DNA of 64,000 nucleotides from Gammaproteobacteria bacterium (lineage in GTDB: Bacteria > Pseudomonadota > Gammaproteobacteria > GCA-001735895): NCBI GenBank assembly GCA_018669845.1, contig JABHSO010000199.1:4945-68944 (forward strand), in the 5' to 3' direction. Each line of letters starts with the position of its first letter. Positions within the stretch are counted from its first letter, which is position 1. Shown here one piece after another: positions 1 to 8,963 of this stretch. Below the pieces are notes generated by a model, which saw only the letters and a program-made list of their open reading frames with translations, was not told the DNA's origin and did not search any database. Made by a program: the position numbers and the translations under genes.

Positions 1-112
1 TGACTGTCAACTGCGCTGTTGCACTATCAGGACGTGTCTCGGTGATGGTAATGCCCAGTAGTCTTGAAGCATCGTCATTGACTCGCATGGTTTCAGTACA
101 TGCTTCGGCCAT
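1..112 (-). CDS. paaI: PaaI-like hotdog-fold thioesterase, N-terminal fragment (gene runs off the left edge)
   Basis: Minus-strand ATG at 110-112, 13 nt after the paaH stop. Translation MAEACTETMRVNDDASRLLGITITETRPDSATAQLTV resembles PaaI N-termini. Position fits the paaFGHI order. Confidence 0.5.
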   Translation of the reverse strand, partial: MAEACTETMRVNDDASRLLGITITETRPDSATAQLTV

Positions 113-125
113 TTGAATGTCATTT

Positions 126-1646
126 TTACTCATAAAATGATTTACCAGCAGCAGCTTTTCTTACAATTAACGGGGAAGGGCGGTAACGGTCTTCACCGTA
201 GTTTTGACTTAGATTATCGAGTACGTCGAGTACGTTCTCAATGCCGATGGAGTCTGCCCAGGCTAATGGCCCTGCTGGATAATTGAGTCCACCTTTCATG
301 GCTATATCGACAGCGTTAATGCTACAAACCAGCTGGTTAACGGCATCAGCACCTTCGTTGGCCAGCATGCACACGGTGCGCATTACACACATTCCCGCAA
401 TATCATCAATTTGAGTAACCTGCTTGTCGGTTTTTTGTAGTAGTCCGATGATTTCATTCACTGCTGAGGTTTCTGCCTGGTCAGCAGCTGAGATAACCAG
501 TCGAGAGGTAGCAGCATAATCCAGAGCCAGATCAAGGTGAAGAAGATTGTTGATATTTTCTTCTACGGCTCGTACTGTTGCCATCTGCCCATTGGTGAGT
601 TTTAGAATTGCATTGTCACTGAGCAAAGCGAATTCATTACCATCGATGCGTGTGACTTCTACACCTGCATCTGTAAGCAGGGTCGCAAAAATCTCGGCAA
701 TAGTGGATTGTCCGATAATAGTAACTTGTTTTGGAGAGTCGCAGAACTCACAGGTTTCTGGCTCAGGTTTGTGAGCACCATCGGAATAATCATAAAACCC
801 ACGGCCAGATTTTCTACCGAGGTAACCACCATCAACCAGCTCTTTCTGAATCAGTGAAGGTAGGAAACGCTGGTCACCATAATAAGCATCAAATATAGAA
901 TGAGTAACGGCATAATTTACGTCATGACCTATTAAATCCATCAATTCAAAAGGACCCATGCGGAAACCACCACAGTCACGCATAATGGCATCGATGGTGG
1001 CAGGAGTCGTTGCTGCTTCCTGTAAAAGTCTTAAACCCTCAGCATAAAAAGGCCGGGCCACCCGGTTGACGATAAAGCCGGGAGTCGACTTTGCATGAAC
1101 AACCTGTTTACCCCAGGCTTTAGCTGTGTCGTAGATAGACTCTGCAAAAGTCGAATCTGTAGCGATGCCACTGATGATTTCAACCAGTTTCATCACTGGA
1201 GCGGGATTGAAAAAGTGCATGCCGAGTAATCTTTCGGGGTGCTTTAACGCTGAAGCGATAGCACTGACAGAAATTGAAGAAGTATTGGTGGCGAGAATGG
1301 CTTCGGGTCCACCAATATCTTCCAGTTGTTTGAACAGTTGTTGTTTTACTTCCAGCTTTTCAACAATGGCCTCGATGAAAAGAGATGCGGGTGCAAGCTC
1401 TTCTATATTATCGACGGGAGTAATTCTGGCGATTAGATCATCTTGTTGTTGCTGGCTAATACGCCCACGTTGAACCAGTTTGTCCAGCCCTCTGGCTGTA
1501 TTGTAGATGCCTTTTTGGGCGGCACCTGCTGCTACGTCAAACAGTAATACCTGATGACCTGCATTGGCTGCGACCTGGGCGACTCCGGCACCCATGGTTC
1601 CAGCACCGATAACAGCAATAATTTTGGAGGTGTCCAGTGCTGTCAT
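126..1646 (-). CDS. paaH: 3-hydroxyacyl-CoA (3-hydroxyadipyl-CoA) dehydrogenase
   Basis: N-terminal Rossmann motif [25 protein letters not shown] and GFIVNR motifs of the 3-hydroxyacyl-CoA dehydrogenase family, plus an extra C-terminal domain. Follows two crotonase genes. Confidence 0.85.
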   Translation of the reverse strand: MTALDTSKIIAVIGAGTMGAGVAQVAANAGHQVLLFDVAAGAAQKGIYNTARGLDKLVQRGRISQQQQDDLIARITPVDNIEELAPASLFIEAIVEKLEVKQQLFKQLEDIGGPEAILATNTSSISVSAIASALKHPERLLGMHFFNPAPVMKLVEIISGIATDSTFAESIYDTAKAWGKQVVHAKSTPGFIVNRVARPFYAEGLRLLQEAATTPATIDAIMRDCGGFRMGPFELMDLIGHDVNYAVTHSIFDAYYGDQRFLPSLIQKELVDGGYLGRKSGRGFYDYSDGAHKPEPETCEFCDSPKQVTIIGQSTIAEIFATLLTDAGVEVTRIDGNEFALLSDNAILKLTNGQMATVRAVEENINNLLHLDLALDYAATSRLVISAADQAETSAVNEIIGLLQKTDKQVTQIDDIAGMCVMRTVCMLANEGADAVNQLVCSINAVDIAMKGGLNYPAGPLAWADSIGIENVLDVLDNLSQNYGEDRYRPSPLIVRKAAAGKSFYE

Positions 1647-1647
1647 G

Positions 1648-2439
1648 CTATTGTCCTACAAACTTTGGTTTACGTTTATTGATGAATGCATTTACGCCTT
1701 CGCGGTAGTCCTGAGTACGACCGGCGATGCGTTGCAGATCACGTTCCAGATCAAGTTGTTGATCGAAGGTATTGGTGCTTGATGCATTGATGGCGCGTTT
1801 GATGTACCCCAGTCCTTTGGTGGGTTGATTGGCTAAAGATGCAGCCAGTTTTTCGGCTTCAGGTAATAGCTCTTCATCATCAATACATTTCCAGATCATG
1901 CCCCATTTTTCAGCCTGTTCGGCAGGTACTTTTTCTGCCAGTAAAGAGAGTGCCATGGCACGGGCATGACCTACAATTTGGGGCAATGACCAGGTGCCGC
2001 CAGAATCAGGAACAAGGCCTATCTTGCTGAATGACTGAATAAAAGAGGCAGAGCGAGCGGCTAACACAATATCACAGGCTAAAGCTATGTTAGCACCGGC
2101 TCCGGCGGCTACTCCATTCACTGCACAGACCACGGGTTTTTCAAGTGCCTTTAAGCGGCGTAGTAACGGGTTGTAATTTTTTTCCAAAGACAAACCCAGG
2201 TCGGGTGATTGGGCATCTGCTGAAACATCACGATCATTTAAGTCTTGTCCGGCACAAAACCCCCGGCCACTGCCTGTGATCAGCAAGCAGCGGATGGTGT
2301 CATCTGATTCAATTACTTTTAAACATGTCCTGATTTCTTTGTGCATTTCTGCGGTAAAACTGTTGAGTTTATCCGGACGGTTTAGCACCAGTTTCGCAAC
2401 CCCATCGGTTACGTTAAATAAAATGGTTTTATAGCTCAT
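1648..2439 (-). CDS. paaG: enoyl-CoA hydratase/isomerase (PaaG-like)
   Basis: Crotonase motifs [38 protein letters not shown]. The internal ATG at 2437-2439 ([10 protein letters not shown]...) is preferred because the ORF-track start at 2526 would overlap paaF by 56 nt. Confidence 0.75.
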   Translation of the reverse strand: MSYKTILFNVTDGVAKLVLNRPDKLNSFTAEMHKEIRTCLKVIESDDTIRCLLITGSGRGFCAGQDLNDRDVSADAQSPDLGLSLEKNYNPLLRRLKALEKPVVCAVNGVAAGAGANIALACDIVLAARSASFIQSFSKIGLVPDSGGTWSLPQIVGHARAMALSLLAEKVPAEQAEKWGMIWKCIDDEELLPEAEKLAASLANQPTKGLGYIKRAINASSTNTFDQQLDLERDLQRIAGRTQDYREGVNAFINKRKPKFVGQ

Positions 2440-2470
2440 AGGGTGATGTTCCGGTTTAGGCTGTTCCAAT

Positions 2471-3250
2471 TTATTGGCCTTTGAAGTCAGGGTTACGTTT
2501 TTCAAGGAAGGCTGCCAGTCCCTCATTTCTATCTTCGGTGCCGGCCAGCATTACAAATGTTTCATGCTCAAAACTAAGCCCATCAGATAATGTGGTTTCA
2601 TAAGATTTTAGTAGACAGGCTTTAGCATGTTGTACCGCTAAAGGTGATTTTTGTGCAATTTTTATAGCAAGCTCTATGGCTCTTTCTACAGACAGTTCTG
2701 GTTGAGTGATTTCAGCAACCAGACCAACAGAAAGGGCTGTATTGGCATCGATAAATTCACCTGTTAAAACCATTTTACTCGCCAGTGCTTTTCCCACTGT
2801 TTTGATCAAACGTTGTGTGCCACCTGCGCCTGGAATAATGCCAAGATTAATTTCTGGCTGTCCAAACTGGGCATTACTGCCAGCGATAATAATGTCTGCA
2901 TGCATCGCCAGTTCACAGCCACCACCCAGCGCATAACCATTAATTGCAGCGACGATTGGTTTTGGAAATGTTGTGATAGTTTTCCAGTATTTGGGGCGCT
3001 CATCCTGCATGATTTCCATCATGTTCATGCTGGCCATTTCTGATACATCAGCACCCGCAGCAAATACAGTTTCACCTCCGGTCAGAACTATGCAACGACA
3101 GGAGTCATCGATTTTCAGGGTATTGAGAATATCTGCCAGCTCGGCTAACAGCTTGGTACGCAGGGCGTTTCTGGCTTCTGGTCGATTCAGGGTGATGCAA
3201 TACACACCGTGTCCTAAGTCATCGATTAGAATGTCTTCGTAGGTTTTCAT
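2471..3250 (-). CDS. paaF: enoyl-CoA hydratase (PaaF-like)
   Basis: Crotonase motifs ITLNRPEARNAL, FAAGADV, INGYALGGGCELAMHAD. First gene of the minus-strand paa string. Confidence 0.8.
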   Translation of the reverse strand: MKTYEDILIDDLGHGVYCITLNRPEARNALRTKLLAELADILNTLKIDDSCRCIVLTGGETVFAAGADVSEMASMNMMEIMQDERPKYWKTITTFPKPIVAAINGYALGGGCELAMHADIIIAGSNAQFGQPEINLGIIPGAGGTQRLIKTVGKALASKMVLTGEFIDANTALSVGLVAEITQPELSVERAIELAIKIAQKSPLAVQHAKACLLKSYETTLSDGLSFEHETFVMLAGTEDRNEGLAAFLEKRNPDFKGQ

Positions 3251-3413
3251 TTTTTCCCCGGAGCCAGTAAATGATTGTTTTTTTTACCGGTTTTATTGCT
3301 TACTGAGTATCAGGCAAATATACACGAATTGAATAAATAGATACAGAATTAATGAATATTACTGTAAAAAGTGTATCATATTATTTTGAATGTAGTTTTT
3401 ATGGAACTAGCTT

Positions 3414-4013
3414 ATGACCTGCTATTCAATTGACGGGATTATTCCTGTTTTAGATCCTTCCAGCTTTGTGCACCCAGCATCAACCATTATTGGAGATGTC
3501 ATTATAGGTCCCGGTTGTTATGTAGCACCTGGTGCTGTTTTACGCGGTGATTTTGGACGAATAATTTTGCACCAGGGGGCGAATGTACAGGATACCTGTG
3601 TCATGCACGGGTTTCCAGATACCGATACGATTATCGAAAAAAATGGTCATATTGGACATGGAGCAGTGCTGCACGGTTGTATCATTCGTGAGAATGCTTT
3701 GGTGGGAATGAATGCTGTAGTGATGGATGGGGCTATTGTTGGTCACTCTTCTATTGTTGCTGCAATGAGTTTTGTGAAAGCGGGTTTAGAAATTCCACAG
3801 CGTAAACTGTTTGCGGGTTCTCCAGCACGTTTTATTCGTGATTTGAGTGATGATGAAATTTCCTGGAAAGAAAAGGGCACGCAAGATTATCAACAATTGG
3901 CGTTGCGTAGTTTTGAATCACTAAAGGAAGTTGAAGCCTTAACTGAAGTGGAAGAAGGTCGTGCGAGACTGAATATTTCGGATAGTGTTCCTCTGTTTAA
4001 AACTAAAACTTAA
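3414..4013 (+). CDS. paaY: hexapeptide-repeat (gamma-carbonic-anhydrase-like) protein PaaY
   Basis: Left-handed beta-helix hexapeptide periodicity across the protein. Divergent from paaF and directly followed by paaX. Confidence 0.75.
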   Translation: MTCYSIDGIIPVLDPSSFVHPASTIIGDVIIGPGCYVAPGAVLRGDFGRIILHQGANVQDTCVMHGFPDTDTIIEKNGHIGHGAVLHGCIIRENALVGMNAVVMDGAIVGHSSIVAAMSFVKAGLEIPQRKLFAGSPARFIRDLSDDEISWKEKGTQDYQQLALRSFESLKEVEALTEVEEGRARLNISDSVPLFKTKT

Positions 4014-4027
4014 TCGGGAAATAAAAA

Positions 4028-4969
4028 GTGGCCACTAAAGATTTTAATTATCAGGCTCAGCAGCTGATTGATATCTACTCGAAATCGCAAATGGTGCATG
4101 CGAACTCTCTAGTACTGACTATCTTTGGTGACTACATTTGTTCTCATGGTGGTGAAATTTGGTTAGGCAGCATCATTAAAATGGTGGAGGGCCTGGGTAT
4201 CAGTCAACGTCTGGTTCGTACCTCTGTTTATCGACTGGCTGAAAAAGGTATTTTGCAATCTAAACAGGTTGGGCGGCGTAGTTTTTATTCACTCACAGAA
4301 AAAGGTTTTCGACAGTTTTCCACTGCTGCTGAACGAATTTATCGTTATCAGCAAAATAACTGGGATGGTGAATGGAGAGTGGTATTTACAACACTTAAAA
4401 ATATCTCAAAAAAGGATAAAGAAAAGTTTCAAAATGAACTGGTCTGGCTCGGTTTTAATCGTTTATCCAATGGGGTATATGCTCATCCTGTTGCTCAGCT
4501 GGATGTCGTCAATAAAATAGTTCATGAAATGAAACTGGATGATTCTGTGGTGGTTATGCAGGCGACTTCGATGGGTAATAATCCTTTGAAATCATCCGGC
4601 AATATGATTAAGCAATGTTTTAATTTTGATGTGATGAAGCAGGAGTACCTGGAATTTATTAATTTTTTTAACGGGATTCTGGTGAGTGCCGAATCAACAG
4701 ATTCTAAATCAGATGAAATGTGTTTTATGTTGAGGACCTTATTAATTCATAAATATCGTCATATTTTATTGAGAGAACCTGAGTTACCTCATGAGCTGGT
4801 ACCGGAAGATTGTTTAAGCCATAAAGCAAGAGAAATTACCGAGAAGCTCTACAAATTAATATGTAATCAGGCAGAGGTTTATTTTCTTCAAGTAGGCGAA
4901 GCAGAAGGTGGAGAGTTACCAAAGGTTAACAAAGAGTACTTCACCCGATTTGGTGGTATTTCTCGTTAA
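4028..4969 (+). CDS. paaX: PaaX-family transcriptional repressor of phenylacetate catabolism
   Basis: GTG start. Winged-helix segment RTSVYRLAEKGILQSKQVGRRSFYSLTEKG and a long PaaX-type C-terminal domain. Sits 14 nt after paaY. Confidence 0.8.
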   Translation: MATKDFNYQAQQLIDIYSKSQMVHANSLVLTIFGDYICSHGGEIWLGSIIKMVEGLGISQRLVRTSVYRLAEKGILQSKQVGRRSFYSLTEKGFRQFSTAAERIYRYQQNNWDGEWRVVFTTLKNISKKDKEKFQNELVWLGFNRLSNGVYAHPVAQLDVVNKIVHEMKLDDSVVVMQATSMGNNPLKSSGNMIKQCFNFDVMKQEYLEFINFFNGILVSAESTDSKSDEMCFMLRTLLIHKYRHILLREPELPHELVPEDCLSHKAREITEKLYKLICNQAEVYFLQVGEAEGGELPKVNKEYFTRFGGISR

Positions 4970-6267
4970 TGGTATAGCCACTGTGGCAGGATAAGAGAGA
5001 TCGCTGGAATCAGCGTAATCAAACTAAGCCGTATAATATCAGCAACCCAGAAGGGTGTGACCCCTTTAAATATAGTTGCGGTTTTAACATCTTTTAAAAC
5101 ACCGCTGAGAACAAAGACATTCAAACCAACGGGTGGCGTAATCAAGCTGATTTCTGTAACCACCACAACCACAATTCCAAACCAGATGAGATCGAAACCC
5201 AGGCTTTCTACAACCGGGTAAAATATTGGAATAGTCAGCAGCAACATCGACAGGCTTTCAAATACACAACCCAGCAATATATAAATCCCCAGAATCATGA
5301 AGATAACCATCATCGGTGAAATATCATTACCTGTGATTAATTGTAGTAACTGGTCAGGAAGTCCGGCACGGGTGATAAAAGTTGAAAATATCAATGCACC
5401 GATTATCACCATGAACAGAGAAGAAGTTGTCGCTGCAGTTTCATACAGAACATTAAAGGTGTTTTTGATTGTTAGAGATTTTCGCAGCAGAGCAATGATG
5501 AACGCACCGGCAGCACCTATTCCAGCGGCTTCAGTCGGGGTAAAAACACCACCGTAAATTCCTCCCATCACAATGCCGAATAACAGTAAGATGCCCCAAA
5601 CGCCTTTCAGAGAATCTACACGTTGTTTGGTGTTCATTCTTTCCCCACGGGGGCCAGCTTCCGGGTTTCGCCAGACTGTCCAGTAAACTGCACCGAGGTA
5701 TAATAAAACCCCTAACATGCCGGGAATAAACCCGGCAGCAAACAGTTCTCTGATACTTTGTTCCGACATGATGCCATAGATAACCAGAATAACACTGGGT
5801 GGAATTAATATGCCCAGCGTGCCACCAGCTGCGATGGAAGCCGCTGCCAGTGAATCACTGTAACCATAACGTCGCATCGGAGGCATGGAGACTTTAGCCA
5901 TGGTCGCGGCGGTTGCCAGGCTCGATCCACAAATTGCAGAAAATCCACCACAGGCAACTATTGTAGCCATCGAAAGACCACCGCGTAGATGTCCTAGAAA
6001 GGAGTAGGATGCTTTATAAAGCTCTTTTGAAAGCCCGGCTTTGGTGACCAGGTTTCCCATTAAAATAAACAGTGGAATAACTGATAATCCGTAATCTTGA
6101 GAAGTATCGATTATCCGCCGAGAAGCCATTGACAGGCTGGCAATCCAGTTAAAGTCATTGAGAAATAAAAATCCAAAAAAACCAACAAAGGCCATTGCAA
6201 AACTAATAGGTGTTCGCAATAAAATAAGAATCAACAGACCTACAAAACCAATTATGGAAATGCTCAT
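4966..6267 (-). CDS. dctM: TRAP transporter large permease (DctM family)
   Basis: 433-aa polytopic membrane protein with typical DctM sequence. Follows the DctQ- and DctP-like genes. Confidence 0.85.
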   Translation of the reverse strand: MSISIIGFVGLLILILLRTPISFAMAFVGFFGFLFLNDFNWIASLSMASRRIIDTSQDYGLSVIPLFILMGNLVTKAGLSKELYKASYSFLGHLRGGLSMATIVACGGFSAICGSSLATAATMAKVSMPPMRRYGYSDSLAAASIAAGGTLGILIPPSVILVIYGIMSEQSIRELFAAGFIPGMLGVLLYLGAVYWTVWRNPEAGPRGERMNTKQRVDSLKGVWGILLLFGIVMGGIYGGVFTPTEAAGIGAAGAFIIALLRKSLTIKNTFNVLYETAATTSSLFMVIIGALIFSTFITRAGLPDQLLQLITGNDISPMMVIFMILGIYILLGCVFESLSMLLLTIPIFYPVVESLGFDLIWFGIVVVVVTEISLITPPVGLNVFVLSGVLKDVKTATIFKGVTPFWVADIIRLSLITLIPAISLILPQWLYH

Positions 6268-6272
6268 GGAAT

Positions 6273-6803
6273 TTAATCAGCCTGGGAAATTGAAACTATG
6301 GTGAGACGGTATTCGCGATAACTTCGGTATATGCCCAGGGTGATTACCATTACGGCAGTAATCCAGCAGGCTATACCGATAAAATACATCATCCAGCCGG
6401 TAGGAATTTCGAGGTACTCGGTGACTTCTTCGTAGCTCAGAGAGCGTTCTCCGAGAACCATTATTCTGTAACCCACAAAGGTGAGTGCAATTGAAATGAG
6501 AATGTTCAGGATCATGTTTCGAATCATATGAACCCTGGGTGATACGAATTGATCCAGAAGGTCGACAACGACGTGATCATTGCGCCATGAAATGATGGGC
6601 AATATTGAAAAAATAACAATACCAACAGCCATTTCGGTTAATTCAGTAGAGCCGGTAAAAGGGCTGTTAAAAACATAACGTCCAACAACATCAATGCAGG
6701 TAATTAGCATCAGTGCGAATAGTGTGATTGCACTGATTGAGTGAAGGAAAAGGACCAACCACTTGATTGGCCCTTTTTCCGTCGAGTGTGTAACCTGTTC
6801 CAA
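6273..6803 (-). CDS. dctQ: TRAP transporter small permease (DctQ family)
   Basis: 176 aa with about four TM helices, located between the DctP- and DctM-like genes. Confidence 0.75.
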   Translation of the reverse strand: MEQVTHSTEKGPIKWLVLFLHSISAITLFALMLITCIDVVGRYVFNSPFTGSTELTEMAVGIVIFSILPIISWRNDHVVVDLLDQFVSPRVHMIRNMILNILISIALTFVGYRIMVLGERSLSYEEVTEYLEIPTGWMMYFIGIACWITAVMVITLGIYRSYREYRLTIVSISQAD

Positions 6804-6818
6804 GGTTAGCGTAGTTTT

Positions 6819-7838
6819 TTAGTGGTAAGTTCTAGCGATAGAACGAAGTTCAATCAGAGCTTCTTTAGCATTCACTTTACGGCCTTTAACATCTTTCAGC
6901 CAATTGTCAGCCATTCCTACAGTCATGTTTCTAAACTCACTCATGATTTCAGGTGTAGCATCCATAATAGTGTTTCCTGATTTTTTTGCATCAGCTTCAC
7001 CAATCTTTGCATCTTCACCCCAGAAACGACCTGCCATTGCAGAAAGCTTTTCGCCGGATACTGACATGATAGCATCACGATCTTTTTTACTTAGAGAATC
7101 CATGAAATCCGGGCTAATGAACATACCAAAGCTACCAAGGTACATTCCGTTAGGAAATTTCAGAGAGAAAGGAGCAACTTCTTTCAGGCGTAAAGTACGT
7201 TTTTCACCCATGGGCATGAAAACACCATCGGCAACGCCCTGAGATAAGATTTCATAAACCTTGGAGCCTGGTGCAGCAACACCTGTAACGTCCATTAGTT
7301 TTGCAAGTTCAGTTTGAACGCCGCCACCGATACGAATTTTCTTTCCTTTCATATCACTTAGGCTACTGATAGGTTCACGTAAATGAATGTTACCGGGTCC
7401 ATGAGTGAATAATGCGCCGAGGATAATGCCACGATGCTCACCTGCTTTTTTCAGATATTTCTCATTAACACGCCAGTGTGCAACAGAAGCAGCTTCAGCA
7501 TCTGCACCCAGGTTTGGTAGTTCTACAATTTTTGTCAGTTTGAAACGACCGGGAAAGTAACCATGGAAAGTCCAGCCAGCATCAAAAACACCATCTTGAA
7601 CATTATCCAGCAGGGCTTTAGGGTGACCACCAGGATATTCAATCTTTAGCTTTACTCGTCCTTCTGTTGCCTCTTCAATCCATTTTCCCCAGGTAGGTAT
7701 AACATCTTTGTTCATGGTGTGTTTAGGCGGTAACCAGGAACCTACGCGCATGGTTTTTTCTGCAAACGCTGGCGCGGAAAGAGACATTGCAGTCGTTGCA
7801 AAGGTCAGTCCTAAAAGCCATTTATTAACTTTTTTCAT
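6819..7838 (-). CDS. dctP: TRAP transporter periplasmic solute-binding protein (DctP family)
   Basis: Signal peptide ending SAPAFA-EK. Size about 340 aa. First gene of the DctPQM string. Confidence 0.8.
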   Translation of the reverse strand: MKKVNKWLLGLTFATTAMSLSAPAFAEKTMRVGSWLPPKHTMNKDVIPTWGKWIEEATEGRVKLKIEYPGGHPKALLDNVQDGVFDAGWTFHGYFPGRFKLTKIVELPNLGADAEAASVAHWRVNEKYLKKAGEHRGIILGALFTHGPGNIHLREPISSLSDMKGKKIRIGGGVQTELAKLMDVTGVAAPGSKVYEILSQGVADGVFMPMGEKRTLRLKEVAPFSLKFPNGMYLGSFGMFISPDFMDSLSKKDRDAIMSVSGEKLSAMAGRFWGEDAKIGEADAKKSGNTIMDATPEIMSEFRNMTVGMADNWLKDVKGRKVNAKEALIELRSIARTYH

Positions 7839-8066
7839 TTTTTATCTACTCCAGATGATAGTTGTTATTAAACTAATGAATTGAATATACATCACTAAGC
7901 TGGTTGATATGATACATAATGGTCTACTATAATCAATTATTATGTATCAAATAAGCTGTTGATACAGGTTTATGTTAGTGACAAGTTAAATTTATCATGA
8001 ATTACGTAATTGAATGACTTTATATGTCAGTTACATTAAGAATATTCTTCACTTAAGTAGATTATT

Positions 8067-8624
8067 ATGATTAACCTTTCCAAACAAAACGAGTTAATGA
8101 CAGATGATAACCCTCTGAATGAATTTTCAGGCTGTCATGAAGGTATTATTGAAAATTTTCACCAGTTACAGGAATTAATTTCACTACTGGATGAAATGCC
8201 TGATTCAGTGTTAATTCAACCACTGGCTAAAAAAATACTGTATTTCTTTGATGATGTAGTGCTGATTCACCATGCAGAAGAAGAGCAGGAACTTTTTACC
8301 ATCGTGCTGGAAAGTGCTGATAAAGGTGAAGAAGCCGATACAGCCAGAACATATATCAGACAGCTTGTAGCGGAACACCGTCAGCTAGAAGCCATGTGGA
8401 AAAATATTGAAAAAGATCTTCGCCTTTTATCTAAAGGTAAAACTGGAAAGCTGAATAGTAATACGGCATCAAAACTGGCGATAGATTATTTGGCACATGC
8501 TGAATTTGAAGAACTTTATTTTCTTCCATTGTCTGCCAAAATCCTGAGTAAAAACGATTTATCAGCATTGGGTTTGTCACTGCATATGCGACACCAGAAA
8601 GATTTACCGGCTAACTATATATAA
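8067..8624 (+). CDS. hemerythrin-like (HHE cation-binding) domain protein
   Basis: His/Glu-rich helices (IHHAEEEQELF, AEHRQLE, AHAEFEE) typical of hemerythrin-like domains. No signal peptide. Confidence 0.6.
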   Translation: MINLSKQNELMTDDNPLNEFSGCHEGIIENFHQLQELISLLDEMPDSVLIQPLAKKILYFFDDVVLIHHAEEEQELFTIVLESADKGEEADTARTYIRQLVAEHRQLEAMWKNIEKDLRLLSKGKTGKLNSNTASKLAIDYLAHAEFEELYFLPLSAKILSKNDLSALGLSLHMRHQKDLPANYI

Positions 8625-8963
8625 TAGTTAAGCTGAGATTTAACAGGCTTATAAATCTGTATCTAAACTGACTATTTGAAATTGACTCGTAGCAGACTTT
8701 TATAGAAGGTATTTTTATTGGCTAAAAGTGATTACCGGTCAATTGAGATTGATAACCCCTAATAATGGCTGAACGGATATTGTTCTCATTAATGAAGGTC
8801 ATAAATAATCAAATATCCTCATAATCAGCTCATCTATATTTATAAAAACCAGGCTTTTTTATAAATCATTAAATATTTCAAAAATAAATTAAGTTTTCCT
8901 GCTATAAGGTATGTCAGAACCTGAATTTGTAGCGTAAGAATTATTCAGAAAAATTAATGTTAT

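Noticed and set aside
547-1782. Several 60-110-aa plus-strand ORFs inside paaH, with similar antisense ORFs inside most large genes (for example 2706-3242, 5297-5557, 13296-13733, 23195-23596, 24734-25033, 28718-29065, 52440-52886, 55847-56245, 57243-58082, 63565-63861)
   Set aside because: All lie antisense to, or out of frame within, genes with strong family signatures. They show Ser/Pro/Arg- or Ile/Phe-rich compositions typical of non-coding frames.
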